From the NCBI GenBank assembly GCA_036918135.1, contig JBALDB010000003.1, positions 32,001 through 96,000 of the forward strand: a DNA stretch of 64,000 nucleotides, written 5' to 3'. The position numbers were made by a program, and so were the translations under genes. Source of the stretch: Nostoc sp. (GTDB taxonomy: Bacteria; Cyanobacteriota; Cyanobacteriia; Cyanobacteriales; Nostocaceae). Below the pieces are notes generated by a model. The model did not search any database. It saw nothing but the letters and a program-made list of their open reading frames with translations, and had not been told where the DNA came from. Below, in pieces: positions 1 through 9,676 of this stretch; positions within the stretch are counted from its first letter, which is position 1; the number at the start of each line of letters is the position of its first letter.

Positions 1-402
1 CTTCACGAGTTCAGCTTCAAAATTATCAGCTTTATCTGCTAAATTAGTTGGATTCAGTGTGGCGTCTTTATGAAAAAAGTTTTTATATTCGGGCTTTTTG
101 CGAAAATTCTCAAAAACTTCTTTAGATGAAAAAGTGGGCACTACTTCAGGCATGAAGCTTGGGTTAGTATCTAGTCTAGGTTCTAATAAGGGATCTATAC
201 GATTCTGTGTATAGTTTCTAACTGCATTCACCATTTCAATGAGAATCTGCGCTTGAGAAGCTACTTCATTTTGCGCTCTCCCCTGAAGTACACTAGATAA
301 GGCGACGCCGCTTCCCAAAATACTGACGATGAAAACTAATATTAAAAGTAAGTTAAATTTAGCACCTATTTTTAAGTTTTTTAAAGTAATGTTGTTTAAC
401 AT
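1..402 (-). CDS. DUF3365 (Tll0287-like) sensor-domain membrane protein, partial (runs off window start)
   Basis: Not in the ORF track. Manual translation from ATG at 402 gives MLNNITLKNLKIGAKFNLLLILVFIVSILGSG...AVRNYT...F.PE.VPTFSSKEVFENFR...KDATLNPTN..DKADNFE, typical of cyanobacterial DUF3365 proteins. Confidence 0.75.
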   Translation of the reverse strand, partial: MLNNITLKNLKIGAKFNLLLILVFIVSILGSGVALSSVLQGRAQNEVASQAQILIEMVNAVRNYTQNRIDPLLEPRLDTNPSFMPEVVPTFSSKEVFENFRKKPEYKNFFHKDATLNPTNLADKADNFEAELVK

Positions 403-580
403 AATCTAACCGAAGAAGGTGGTATCTTAATCTTGTTTAATATCTATTTATACCTGTTAGGATGCCCCTAATCAATGAATTAATAAATATTAATTTTTTG
501 TGGCAATATCACCTATTTAAGCACTAATGAAGCCGCTCTAAATTAGTGTTCAAAACCGAGTTATTTCCTTACCATAATTA

Positions 581-1462
581 GTGATGTTTTTGCGATTTTC
601 CCGTCGTTTTTTTCTATTTAATCTACTAGGTTTGACATTTGCTAGCTGTCAATCAGGACGGAAGTTTGAAGGGACGCTAACTATTGGCGTTCTTAACTAT
701 GGTGGAGGCGAACAGATAATTAATCAATATGCTAAATTTAATAGTTACTTGGGTGAAAAAACAAATTCATATATTCAACTAGAGCCTGCTTTTAATGAAA
801 ATAGAGCAGTTGAGCGCCTTGAGGCTCGTGCTTGGTCGTTGGTATTTGCTCCACCGGGTTTAGCGGCTATTGCGATCGCACGCTACCAATATGTTCCTCT
901 GTTTCCTTTAATAGGTATTAGCGATCTGCGTTCAATTTTCGTTGTTCGCAAGGATAGCTCAATAACAGATTTAAAACAACTACAGGGTCAAACACTAGCT
1001 TTAGGTCAGTTAGGTTCGGCCACAGGATATTATTTTCCTCTTTACAATCTTTATGGTACAACACTAGCTGAAATCTTATTTGCACCTACACCAAAAGCAG
1101 CACTGGAATTGGTAGCTCAAGGAAAAGCTAGCGCCTGTGCAGTTTCGGAGGCTGAATTGAGTCTCCACGGTTCACAGTTTAGCCCGATTGAATTCCGCGT
1201 ACTTTTTAAAGATCCCCACTATGTACCACTGGGTGTGGTTTTGATTGGGCCTAATGTAGAGCGTAATCGTCAAGAATTCATTCGCAAAGTGATGAGCGAG
1301 TCGCCTTCGGGTTTAGCTCAAGAAGTTGGCTATGTACCCAATGGACAAGTACCGAATTACAAATATATGATTTCTGTGGTAGATCGAGTCAGTTCAATTG
1401 CTTCTAATTTGCAAACTAAACCCGTGCGTTTATTTGATTCAAAACTGCCAACAAACATTTAA
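581..1462 (+). CDS. PhnD/phosphonate-type periplasmic substrate-binding lipoprotein
   Basis: RR-containing signal and lipobox (FASC); 'FVVRKDSSITDLKQLQGQTLALGQLGSATGYYFP' motif. Confidence 0.8.
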   Translation: MMFLRFSRRFFLFNLLGLTFASCQSGRKFEGTLTIGVLNYGGGEQIINQYAKFNSYLGEKTNSYIQLEPAFNENRAVERLEARAWSLVFAPPGLAAIAIARYQYVPLFPLIGISDLRSIFVVRKDSSITDLKQLQGQTLALGQLGSATGYYFPLYNLYGTTLAEILFAPTPKAALELVAQGKASACAVSEAELSLHGSQFSPIEFRVLFKDPHYVPLGVVLIGPNVERNRQEFIRKVMSESPSGLAQEVGYVPNGQVPNYKYMISVVDRVSSIASNLQTKPVRLFDSKLPTNI

Positions 1463-1863
1463 CTGACAATTCCCAAGTTGTTGTAGACTTCGATTAAATT
1501 ACCATCAGGATCGCGAAAATGAGCTGTGCGGATTCCCCAAGCTGGGCGGTCTATTGGTTGAGTGACAACAATTGCATTACTATTTTTGACTTGCTTGTAG
1601 ACCTCATCGACGTTATCAACTGCAAAAATCAAGACAATCTTATCTCGATTGACTACATATGAAGGCTGGTCGATGCTTGGGACTACTTCGCCCATTAATT
1701 CTTTTTTGAACAAACCGAGCTTGAGATATCCGCTATTAAACTCAGCATACCCGCTATTTTCATCGCCCCAATCGACATCAAATTTTAGCAAATCTCGGTA
1801 GAACAGAAAAGAATCTTTGTAGTTGGAGACAAGCAGTCTCAAGTGTGTTAGCTGAAGCTTCAT
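1459..1863 (-). CDS. VOC/glyoxalase family protein
   Basis: 'HLRLLV...FYRDLL' and 'WGIRTAHFRDPDGNLIEV'. Confidence 0.9.
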   Translation of the reverse strand: MKLQLTHLRLLVSNYKDSFLFYRDLLKFDVDWGDENSGYAEFNSGYLKLGLFKKELMGEVVPSIDQPSYVVNRDKIVLIFAVDNVDEVYKQVKNSNAIVVTQPIDRPAWGIRTAHFRDPDGNLIEVYNNLGIVS

Positions 1864-1878
1864 AGTGGCCTTAGTCTA

Positions 1879-2475
1879 CTAACTGTGAATTCTAGGTTCT
1901 GGATGCAAAGTCGCCAGCAACTCGCTTTCGACAATTGCTAATTCATCAAGGCGTTGGATGACAATTTCTTTGTCGAAGTAAGTAGCAGCTAAAACCCAAT
2001 ATATACCGTAGTGACGCGCTTCGGATGACATCAGGCCACGATAAAATTTTGCTAATTCTGGCTCCGGACAGTAAGCAGCTAATAATCCCAGGCGTTCGTG
2101 AGAGCGAGCTTCAATTAAGCCAGTAACTAGTAAAGAATCCAAAAATCGCTGAGGTTCTTGAGGGCGTACAGCAGCTTTTAAACCCGCACCGTAGGGAGGT
2201 GGTGGTAGGGGAGCCAGAGGAATATTCCGACGTTCTAACCATTGGTTAACTAGCTCAAAGTGTTCTAGTTCTTCGCGGGCGATCGCTGTTAACTCCCGCA
2301 CCATCTTAGTATTAGAAGGGTAGCGAAACATGAAGTTCAAGGCTACGCCTGCGGCTTTACGTTCGCAGTGGGAGTGGTCGAGTAAAATGATGTCTAAGTT
2401 GGCGATCGCTTGTTCGATCCAAGCAGAACTCGTGGGCTGTTTCAGGGCATTGATAGTTGGTAACTGAGTAAGCAC
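1879..2475 (-). CDS. miaE: tRNA-(ms2io6A37) hydroxylase MiaE (di-iron, ferritin-like)
   Basis: 'LLDHSHCERKAA', 'EELEHF', 'IEARSHER', 'SEARHY' motifs. Confidence 0.9.
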   Translation of the reverse strand: MLTQLPTINALKQPTSSAWIEQAIANLDIILLDHSHCERKAAGVALNFMFRYPSNTKMVRELTAIAREELEHFELVNQWLERRNIPLAPLPPPPYGAGLKAAVRPQEPQRFLDSLLVTGLIEARSHERLGLLAAYCPEPELAKFYRGLMSSEARHYGIYWVLAATYFDKEIVIQRLDELAIVESELLATLHPEPRIHS

Positions 2476-2580
2476 ATCACAAAACTCCTGAATTGCAATT
2501 TGGCTGAGTACTCCAGCAAATAGTTTATATCATGTCCGCCAAAATTCAGCAGTTTTTATTATGTTTTGAAGAATCGCAAT

Positions 2581-2673
2581 TATAGCAGGAGGCAGGGGGC
2601 AGGAGGTAAAAACATTACTCTTGCTGACATTCACGCTTATTATAATGTCCTAACTTACATGACTACGGCGATA
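2581..2673. repeat. Short MITE-like element, family A, copy 1
   Basis: TATAGCAGGAGGCAG...CCTAA...TGACTACGGCGATA aligns with the reverse complement of 8002-8100. Confidence 0.7.
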
Positions 2674-2683
2674 ACTTGATGGC

Positions 2684-3553
2684 TTAATCTTCCTGTTTCA
2701 AAATGCGTTTTGCTTGCAAAAGTTGTTGCTTGTGTTCTTCACTGACTATCGGGTATTTCAAATTCAGTTCTTCTAGTTTTGTGCAGATGATATTCGCAAC
2801 TACCAGGCGTGTAAGCCATTTGCGATCGGCAGGAATAATATACCAGGGTGCCCATTTTGTACTAGTATTATTGAAAACTTCTTCATAAGCTTCCATATAA
2901 TCATCCCAAAAAGCTCTTTCTTTGACATCGTTTGCTGAAAATTTCCAATTTTTTTCTGGAGCCTCAATCCGTTGTAAAAAGCGTTTTTTCTGCTCTTTTT
3001 TGGAAACATTTAGAAAAAACTTTAGAATAATTACACCATTATCTACTAAATATTTTTCTAGATTGTTAATCTCTTGAAAACGTTGCTTCCAAATCTGATT
3101 TCCGTCAGGAAAGTTGGGCAGTTGTTGCTTTCTCAGCATTTCTGGATGGACGCGAACCACTAATACTTCTTCATAATATGAACGGTTGAATACACCAATA
3201 CGTCCTCTTTCTGGCAAAGCCTTTATTGTTCGCCACAAGTAGTCATGGTCTAATTCTTCTGCACTTGGGCCTTTAAAACTAAACACCTGAAATCCCTGTG
3301 GATTCACACCAGACATCACATGTTTAATTGTGCTATCTTTTCCCGCAGCATCCATTGCTTGAAAAACAATTAATATAGCATAGGTGTTTTGAGCATAAAG
3401 AATATTTTGGTAATTTGCTAATCGTTGAATATCTGCCTGTAATTTACTTAAAGCATCGGTTTTTTGATAAAAATCAGTTTTATAAGCTGGGTCATAGTTT
3501 TTTTTAAGAGAAATTTTTGAACCTGGTGGAACTATAAAAGCATCATAATTCAT
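2684..3553 (-). CDS. ppk2: Polyphosphate kinase 2 family protein
   Basis: '[15 protein letters not shown]', 'HDYLWR', '[15 protein letters not shown]', 'APWYIIPAD'. Confidence 0.92.
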   Translation of the reverse strand: MNYDAFIVPPGSKISLKKNYDPAYKTDFYQKTDALSKLQADIQRLANYQNILYAQNTYAILIVFQAMDAAGKDSTIKHVMSGVNPQGFQVFSFKGPSAEELDHDYLWRTIKALPERGRIGVFNRSYYEEVLVVRVHPEMLRKQQLPNFPDGNQIWKQRFQEINNLEKYLVDNGVIILKFFLNVSKKEQKKRFLQRIEAPEKNWKFSANDVKERAFWDDYMEAYEEVFNNTSTKWAPWYIIPADRKWLTRLVVANIICTKLEELNLKYPIVSEEHKQQLLQAKRILKQED

Positions 3554-3566
3554 CTATAAAATCTCC

Positions 3567-4043
3567 TCATTTTCGCCGTTTTGGGAGTGGACGCATAGCT
3601 TCACGACCTAAGATAAACATTCCTGCAATTCCTAAACTCACAAACCAAACATATTGATACCAATATTGCCGAATCTGCTCTACTGTATTCAGTTCTGGAT
3701 GCAAAGTGTTTAAGTACAACAGTAGTACTAGGATCATCAGCGCTCCAAAACCAATAAAGCTTAAGCCAGTACAAATTCGTGCAGGTCGCAGTTCAAAATC
3801 ACTAATATTGTCTAGGTCAATTTCTACTAGTTCTTTAAAAGAGTCATCTGCTAAAAATGAGGTTGTTTGCAATCTATTACTGAGTTTAGGTGGTAAAATC
3901 GGCGCTAGTATTGCTACAGTTGGGTGGCGTAGCAAAGCCTCAGTGTTTCGCAGCAATTCTAGTGGTTTACGAGTAGTAGTTGGTTGAGCAAACTCTATAT
4001 TATCTGTAGCAGTCGAAGCTTTGGCTTTACTTTCAAAATCCAT
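3567..4043 (-). CDS. Hypothetical membrane protein with two C-terminal TM helices
   Basis: ORF 3567..4103; ATG at 4043 (MDFESK) is the more plausible start. Confidence 0.6.
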   Translation of the reverse strand: MDFESKAKASTATDNIEFAQPTTTRKPLELLRNTEALLRHPTVAILAPILPPKLSNRLQTTSFLADDSFKELVEIDLDNISDFELRPARICTGLSFIGFGALMILVLLLYLNTLHPELNTVEQIRQYWYQYVWFVSLGIAGMFILGREAMRPLPKRRK

Positions 4044-4103
4044 AGCACGCCTCAGAAAAACTAAGATATACATAGCGTAGCGAATCAGGGGTAAAGGAGT
4101 CAA

Positions 4104-4225
4104 AATAATTCGTAATACTTCGACTTCGCCCTTCTTTTTCAGAGACGCTTGCGCGTAGCTTGCTTAAGAGCAGGGGTACGGCTACGCTCTCCCAAGGCTC
4201 AGTACAAGTTCGTAATTCGTAATTT
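4104..4225. repeat. Nested small dispersed repeats within a (TTCGTAA)n heptamer array
   Basis: ATACTTCGACTTCGC...CTCAGTACAAG is interrupted by GAGACGCTTGCGCGTAGCTTGCTT, which recurs inverted at about 23953-23976. Confidence 0.6.
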
Positions 4226-4312
4226 TTAGTAAGAATTAAAAACTCAGAGACTATTTATAAAGTAAATCTTTAGGTAGGGTGTGTTAGAGTCGGAATTTTT
4301 AAGTCTATATTA

Positions 4313-5587
4313 TTATTCATCCATCTCTTTTAATGTAGCTAATGCTGATGGAGATAAGCGGCTGAGATAGCGGAATATCCAGTATTTAAAGATAGTATCT
4401 AAAATTACAGGAAATGTAGCAATAAATAAATAGATTGCGCTGTTATTGGCTGGCAAACCTAAATGTTCTGCTAATCCTTCTAGAATAATTTCCCAGCCAT
4501 GCGGCGAGTGGAATCCTACAAATATATCTGTAAACAAAATAATTAAAAATGCTTTAGCACTATCGCTAAGACCATAGACAATATTATCTATAAATGACTT
4601 AACAATTACAATTTCCTTCTTGCTCAGACTGATAACTAAACCAAAAGAAATTAATGAGATTAAATCAGCAAAAATATTACTAATACTAAGACTACTTTTA
4701 ATCCGAAATTCTTCAGCAATCTCAAATGCTTTGTCTTTTATCTTTTCTTGTACTTCCTCTGAAGATAATTTTGGTGCTTGAGTTATAAAAGATTCAAACC
4801 TGAGTGCTGCTTGAAAATTCTGTAATTCATGGAGAGCTTCTTTTTCCATATCAGAATTAATAAAAATCTGAGTTGTATTCTCTCCCCTAATTCGTTCTAC
4901 TATGGGATTTACTATAAATTCTTTAGATAAATACTGTGTCAAAATAGGTACAATAATTAGAATCAGGAAAAATCTCAGGGCAATTCTTGTCCTATTTCTA
5001 GACGAGCGGTAATTTCTGGTGAAATTTTCTTCTGCATGAGGAGAAAAATCTCCTTTAATTACATTAAGACTTCTACCAATAGAACCGGGGAAAACTCCAG
5101 TTTTCTGAAATGGAGATGTAGTGTTAATATCTTTGATATTAATTGAGTCTGATTGTTTGTTGATTTTGCTCTGGCTAGTTTGTAAGGGCTGATAATTAAC
5201 GAGTTGATTTTTGATAGCGTACCTCTCTACAACTTCATCAATAACTTTCAATTTTTCTAACAAGACAGAGTTAGAAATGTCAATAATTTTCCGACTCAGT
5301 GTGAATTCTGCTAGCCTAATCTTGATAAGAGTTAAGTTTTTATCAAGGTAGACTTGCCAATAAGACATCATATTTTCAGTATATTTTCCTGATGCTGAAG
5401 AGATTTTATTGCCATAAAAATGTTCAATCTCAATATTTTTGATTCTCTGAGCTGCTTCGTAAGCTTCTAGGAGCGACCTTTCTGGTGTATTTAAAAACCA
5501 ACGGTTGGGCGGTCGCAAATATTCTTTCAGCTTTTGATAAAGTAATTCTGCTCTTGTTGCGAATGACTTTCTCATAACATATCTCAT
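4313..5587 (-). CDS. pcxA: Proton extrusion protein PcxA/CemA family
   Basis: 'TPERSLLEAY' and C-terminal 'SDSAKAFLIILFTDIFVGFHSPHGWE...FIATFPVILDTIFKYWIF' CemA signature. Confidence 0.88.
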   Translation of the reverse strand: MRYVMRKSFATRAELLYQKLKEYLRPPNRWFLNTPERSLLEAYEAAQRIKNIEIEHFYGNKISSASGKYTENMMSYWQVYLDKNLTLIKIRLAEFTLSRKIIDISNSVLLEKLKVIDEVVERYAIKNQLVNYQPLQTSQSKINKQSDSINIKDINTTSPFQKTGVFPGSIGRSLNVIKGDFSPHAEENFTRNYRSSRNRTRIALRFFLILIIVPILTQYLSKEFIVNPIVERIRGENTTQIFINSDMEKEALHELQNFQAALRFESFITQAPKLSSEEVQEKIKDKAFEIAEEFRIKSSLSISNIFADLISLISFGLVISLSKKEIVIVKSFIDNIVYGLSDSAKAFLIILFTDIFVGFHSPHGWEIILEGLAEHLGLPANNSAIYLFIATFPVILDTIFKYWIFRYLSRLSPSALATLKEMDE

Positions 5588-5789
5588 TAATTTACAGGAT
5601 TTAGCAGATTTAAATAAGCATTAATAATGGGTAATTTTTGTTGAAAAAAATTATTAATTATTCCCTAACACTTATAAGATAAATCTGTTATTTTGATTGT
5701 ACACTGAATAAAGAAGTAGGTACACCCCAAAGGCGAGTTTCCAGGATTTTCAACTTAAGTCTACCGGTATTATAAGTATAAAAGACTGA

Positions 5790-6407
5790 TAAGTAAAAAA
5801 TATCCCACTGTTCATTTTCTCTACGGTTGGTAAGAAGCGATCGTAATCCTCTATTGCTGCTGAATAGATAATGAAGTATGCTTGATTGTTCTTTAAAGTC
5901 CAAAATTGTAAATTTTTTAAACTCTTTTCTCCATCTTTGTTGATGAAAATCAATTGATTAGCTTGTTTATTTGCTAAAGTCATTTCACTTGTATCTATAA
6001 TAGTCGGTCAAATAAAGTAGCTTTAATTTCATTACTAAATAAATCTTGCAATCCCTTTTTACTCAACCGCTTACCTAGAGGAGGTATTACTTGGCTGATG
6101 TCACGATCTGCAATAAATTCTTCAACTAAATAAAATTCTTGATTCTCTTGAAGTGAGCCGATAATTGAGGGATTTGATTATGCTTTCCTAAAGTTTGTAG
6201 AATTATCACTTCCCGGTCAAACAAACGTTTGGCTTCCCTGAAAGTGTATGCATCAGTAGAGAGTAGTTTAAAATGCTTAATAATGCACTGCGGATTTCTC
6301 GCTGTTTGCATGTCTTGACCTAAAAAAGTCGTACCAAATTCTCCTTGTCCTAGTTGGGTGAGAATTTGGTAGCGTCCACCGATGGTTTGACCCTGGATTA
6401 AATTCAC
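5790..6407 (-). pseudogene. Degraded Ser/Thr protein kinase with a C-terminal PsbP-like domain
   Basis: Kinase N-lobe (GRYQILTQLGQGEFGTTF...HNQIPQL); frameshift near 6150 then ENQEFYLVEEFI; C-lobe missing; then a 'TLANKQANQLIF...WTLKNNQAYFIIYSA' fragment. Confidence 0.75.
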
Positions 6408-6559
6408 CCCTTCTCCTGGAATTAATTACTCAGCAATTTTGTTAATCTTGATTTTTGCACATAATAAAGTGCTAGGTGGTGAGTTAAAAGTGAGGATTTA
6501 GGAGTTATTCTTTCTACACTTCCTATTTTTCAAGCAGTAAATTAAGTGACGATTGGCTT

Positions 6560-7768
6560 ATGAGTTTGAGTCTGTGCATGATTGTGAAAAACGAAGCAGC
6601 AACATTGCCTAAATGCCTAAGCAGTGTGAACAAAGTGGTAGATGAAATGGTAGTGTTGGATACAGGCTCAATCGATCGCACTCCTTATATTGCCCAAGAG
6701 TTTGGGGCGAAAGTATATCATTTTAAATGGTGCGATGACTTTAGTGCCGCCCGCAATGCAGCTTTAAAATATGTAACTGGTGATTGGATTTTGGTGTTAG
6801 ATGCTGATGAAACTCTCACACCAGGAATTGTACCGTTATTGCAAGACACAATCGCCAGGGATGAATACCTGTTACTCAACCTTGTCCGCCAGGAAGTTGG
6901 TGCAGAACAATCTCCCTATTCTCTGGTTTCAAGATTATTCCGCAATCATCCAGATATTCGCTTTGACCGTCCTTACCATGCCTTAGTCGATGATAGCGTG
7001 TCAGCAATTTTAACTAAAGAACCCCACTGGCAGGTAGGTTATTTACCAGGAGTGGCAATTCTTCACGTAGGATATCAAAAAAGTGCGATCGCTCAAAATA
7101 ACAAATATGCCAAAGCCGCCACAGCGATGGAAGGATTTCTCGCCACTCATCCTCATGACCCCTATGTTTGCAGTAAATTGGGGGCGTTGTATGTGCAAAC
7201 TGGCAAAATTCCTCAAGGAATGGAGTTACTCAGACGAGGACTACAGCACATCAGTGAAACTCATGCAGCTGGGGAAGAAAACTACGATATTTTGTACGAA
7301 CTCCACTATCATCTAGGCATTGCCTACAGTCGCTTAAAAAATTATCCACAGGCAATCTATCACTATCAAGCTGGGATTAAATTGCCAATTTATCCCATGC
7401 TCAAACTAGGAGCATACAACAATTTGGGCAACTTATTCAAAGCAGCAGGAGATTTCAACGGTGCGAAAACTGCTTATATCGCAGCTTTGAAAATCGATCC
7501 GAGTTTTGTGTCGGGATATTATAACCTGGGAATGACATTTAAAGCTTTGGGTTTATTTTCAGATGCGATCGCTTGTTATCAAAATGCGATCGTCTTAAAT
7601 CCCAACTATGCCGAAGCATATCAAAATCTAGGCGTAGTCTTGCTCAAAGCTGGCAATCATCAAGAAAGTTTAACAGCTTTTAAAAGAGCGATCGCACTTC
7701 ACGAAAGGCATAATCCCCAAGAAGCCAACAGACTACGCCAGGGGTTGCAAGAGATGGGAGTGATGTAG
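6560..7768 (+). CDS. GT2 glycosyltransferase with TPR repeats
   Basis: 'SLCMIVKNEA...DTGSIDRT...DFSAARN...LDADE' plus C-terminal TPRs. Confidence 0.9.
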   Translation: MSLSLCMIVKNEAATLPKCLSSVNKVVDEMVVLDTGSIDRTPYIAQEFGAKVYHFKWCDDFSAARNAALKYVTGDWILVLDADETLTPGIVPLLQDTIARDEYLLLNLVRQEVGAEQSPYSLVSRLFRNHPDIRFDRPYHALVDDSVSAILTKEPHWQVGYLPGVAILHVGYQKSAIAQNNKYAKAATAMEGFLATHPHDPYVCSKLGALYVQTGKIPQGMELLRRGLQHISETHAAGEENYDILYELHYHLGIAYSRLKNYPQAIYHYQAGIKLPIYPMLKLGAYNNLGNLFKAAGDFNGAKTAYIAALKIDPSFVSGYYNLGMTFKALGLFSDAIACYQNAIVLNPNYAEAYQNLGVVLLKAGNHQESLTAFKRAIALHERHNPQEANRLRQGLQEMGVM

Positions 7769-7913
7769 GAGAAGGGAGTGTGGGGAGTGTGGGGAGATAA
7801 GAGAATTTTTGAGAATAACTTCTAACTCCTAACTCGTCTCCCCTAGTTTTCCCCGATTGTTTTTTAATCTAAAAACATCGACTTATGGAAACCAGTTATA
7901 GAGTAAACCTTAA

Positions 7914-7950
7914 GTAGGGTGTGTGACGGGTTTAGCCTAACGCACCCTAC
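7914..7950. repeat. GTAG-type REP-like hairpin
   Basis: GTAGGGTG...CACCCTAC; relatives at 36655-36682, 49565-49592 and 60115-60142. Confidence 0.6.
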
Positions 7951-8001
7951 AAAAATTATATTTTTACTTGATAAATAACCTCTAAAACTTGAAATCAAAA
8001 C

Positions 8002-8100
8002 TATAGCCGTAGTCACACCCTTTAGGAGATTTTGAAAGGATGAATTTTAGGAATAGTAATAGTTCTACCTCCTGCCTCCTGCCCTCTGCCTCCTGCTATA
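8002..8100. repeat. Short MITE-like element, family A, copy 2 (inverted)
   Basis: TATAGC...GCTATA ends; homologous to 2581-2673. Confidence 0.7.
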
Positions 8101-8152
8101 CAAATCAGTACAGAAAACACACTACTAGCTATACCAAACTTATTAACATCCT

Positions 8153-8620
8153 ATGAAAGAAGATACAAAATTTCTGCTTCTATTTGGTTCAATCTTTGGT
8201 GGTGTTGGCAGCGTATTTGCTGTTATAGGCATAATTATTGGCATGAATACTCGTTCTTATGTCGCCAACGCAATTCCAGCACAAGGGACAGTCATTGATT
8301 TAGTAGAACATTCATCAGTTGATAGCGATGGCCATTATTCTTATGCCTACTATCCGATAGTGCAATTTACTACTCATGCTGGTGAACCAACAGTTTTTGA
8401 ATCAAATTCAGGTAGCGACCCACCAGGATATACTAGAGGCGATCGGGTAGAAGTTTTATACCGTCCTGACAAGCCAGGTTCCGCAAAGATTAACTCTTGG
8501 CTCAGTTTATGGTTATTACCTCTGATATTTATCGGCTTAGGCTCGATTTTTGCTTTGGTCGGAGGAATTGTATTAGCCAATTCGTTTCCGGGTTTGATGA
8601 ATTCTAAGAGGGCACTTTAA
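8153..8620 (+). CDS. DUF3592 family membrane protein
   Basis: TM, 'AQGTVID...YYPIVQF...GDRVEVLYRPDKP', TM. Confidence 0.8.
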   Translation: MKEDTKFLLLFGSIFGGVGSVFAVIGIIIGMNTRSYVANAIPAQGTVIDLVEHSSVDSDGHYSYAYYPIVQFTTHAGEPTVFESNSGSDPPGYTRGDRVEVLYRPDKPGSAKINSWLSLWLLPLIFIGLGSIFALVGGIVLANSFPGLMNSKRAL

Positions 8621-8764
8621 AAGAGAAGTTTTAGCTGTGTTGCAACAAAGATTCAATAGTCAAGAACATAGAGGTTTTGTGCAACAGTTGGCAAGAAAAT
8701 CTTAATTATCAATGAAAGAATTGTTTATACTACATGCAGCAATACTCCTTTGAGGAATCTGCCA

Positions 8765-9469
8765 ATGACAGCATCGGTAAAACAAAACTTCGATAAAGGT
8801 GCAAAAATTCCCCCTTTAGAAAGTGGTGATAGGCTCACTCGCCAGGAATTTGAACGCCGTTATCACGGTATGCCGGATACGAAAAAAGCAGAATTAGTAG
8901 AAGGAATTGTCTACGTGGCATCACCTTTGCGTTTTAACAGTCATGGAAAACCTCATGCCAATCTTATAGGCTGGTTGTGGAATTATAAAATTGCTACTTC
9001 TGGTGTTGAATTAGGTGATAATGCCACAGTGCGTCTGGACTTAGATAACGAACCCCAGCCTGATGTTGTGTTGCTAATTGATCAAAAACTAGGTGGACAG
9101 GCACGTATTAGTGACGATGACTACATTGAAGGCGCACCGGAATTAGTTGCAGAAGTTGCGGCTAGCAGTGCTGCAAATGATTTACATGATAAGAAAAAAG
9201 CCTACCGTCGTAACGGAGTGAAAGAGTACATTGTCTGGCAGAGCTTAGAAAATAAACTCGATTGGTTCAGCTTAGAAAATGGAGAATATGTATTATTAGA
9301 GCCGGATGCGGATGGAGCGATAAAAAGTCGTGTATTTCCCGGTTTGTCGTTGGATGTCCAGGCGTTACATACAGGAGAAATGACACAAGTTTTAACTGTA
9401 CTGCAAAAAGGATTAAGTAGCGAAGAACATACAAATTTTGTGCAGCAGTTAGCAAGAAAGTCCCAGTAA
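8765..9469 (+). CDS. Uma2 family PD-(D/E)XK endonuclease-like protein
   Basis: 'LESGDRLTRQEFERRY...EPQPDV...GAPELVAEVAASS...KKKAYRRNGVKEY'; ATG start at 8765 preferred. Confidence 0.9.
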   Translation: MTASVKQNFDKGAKIPPLESGDRLTRQEFERRYHGMPDTKKAELVEGIVYVASPLRFNSHGKPHANLIGWLWNYKIATSGVELGDNATVRLDLDNEPQPDVVLLIDQKLGGQARISDDDYIEGAPELVAEVAASSAANDLHDKKKAYRRNGVKEYIVWQSLENKLDWFSLENGEYVLLEPDADGAIKSRVFPGLSLDVQALHTGEMTQVLTVLQKGLSSEEHTNFVQQLARKSQ

Positions 9470-9676
9470 TAAATTTTTGCACAGCTTATTTTTTCCAAGG
9501 TCGTAATTCGTTTTTTTTTGCGTCTAAGGCACAGTTTACCGATTGAGTTCGGTGGCGATGTTCTAAGCTTTTCATTATCTATCGAGTATAACCTTCGGGC
9601 GCAACAGAACAGCAAATAGCGAGTAATTGTGCTTCTGTTTCGCCTTCCAGCTTTATTTTTGCCGACTTAATGCCGA

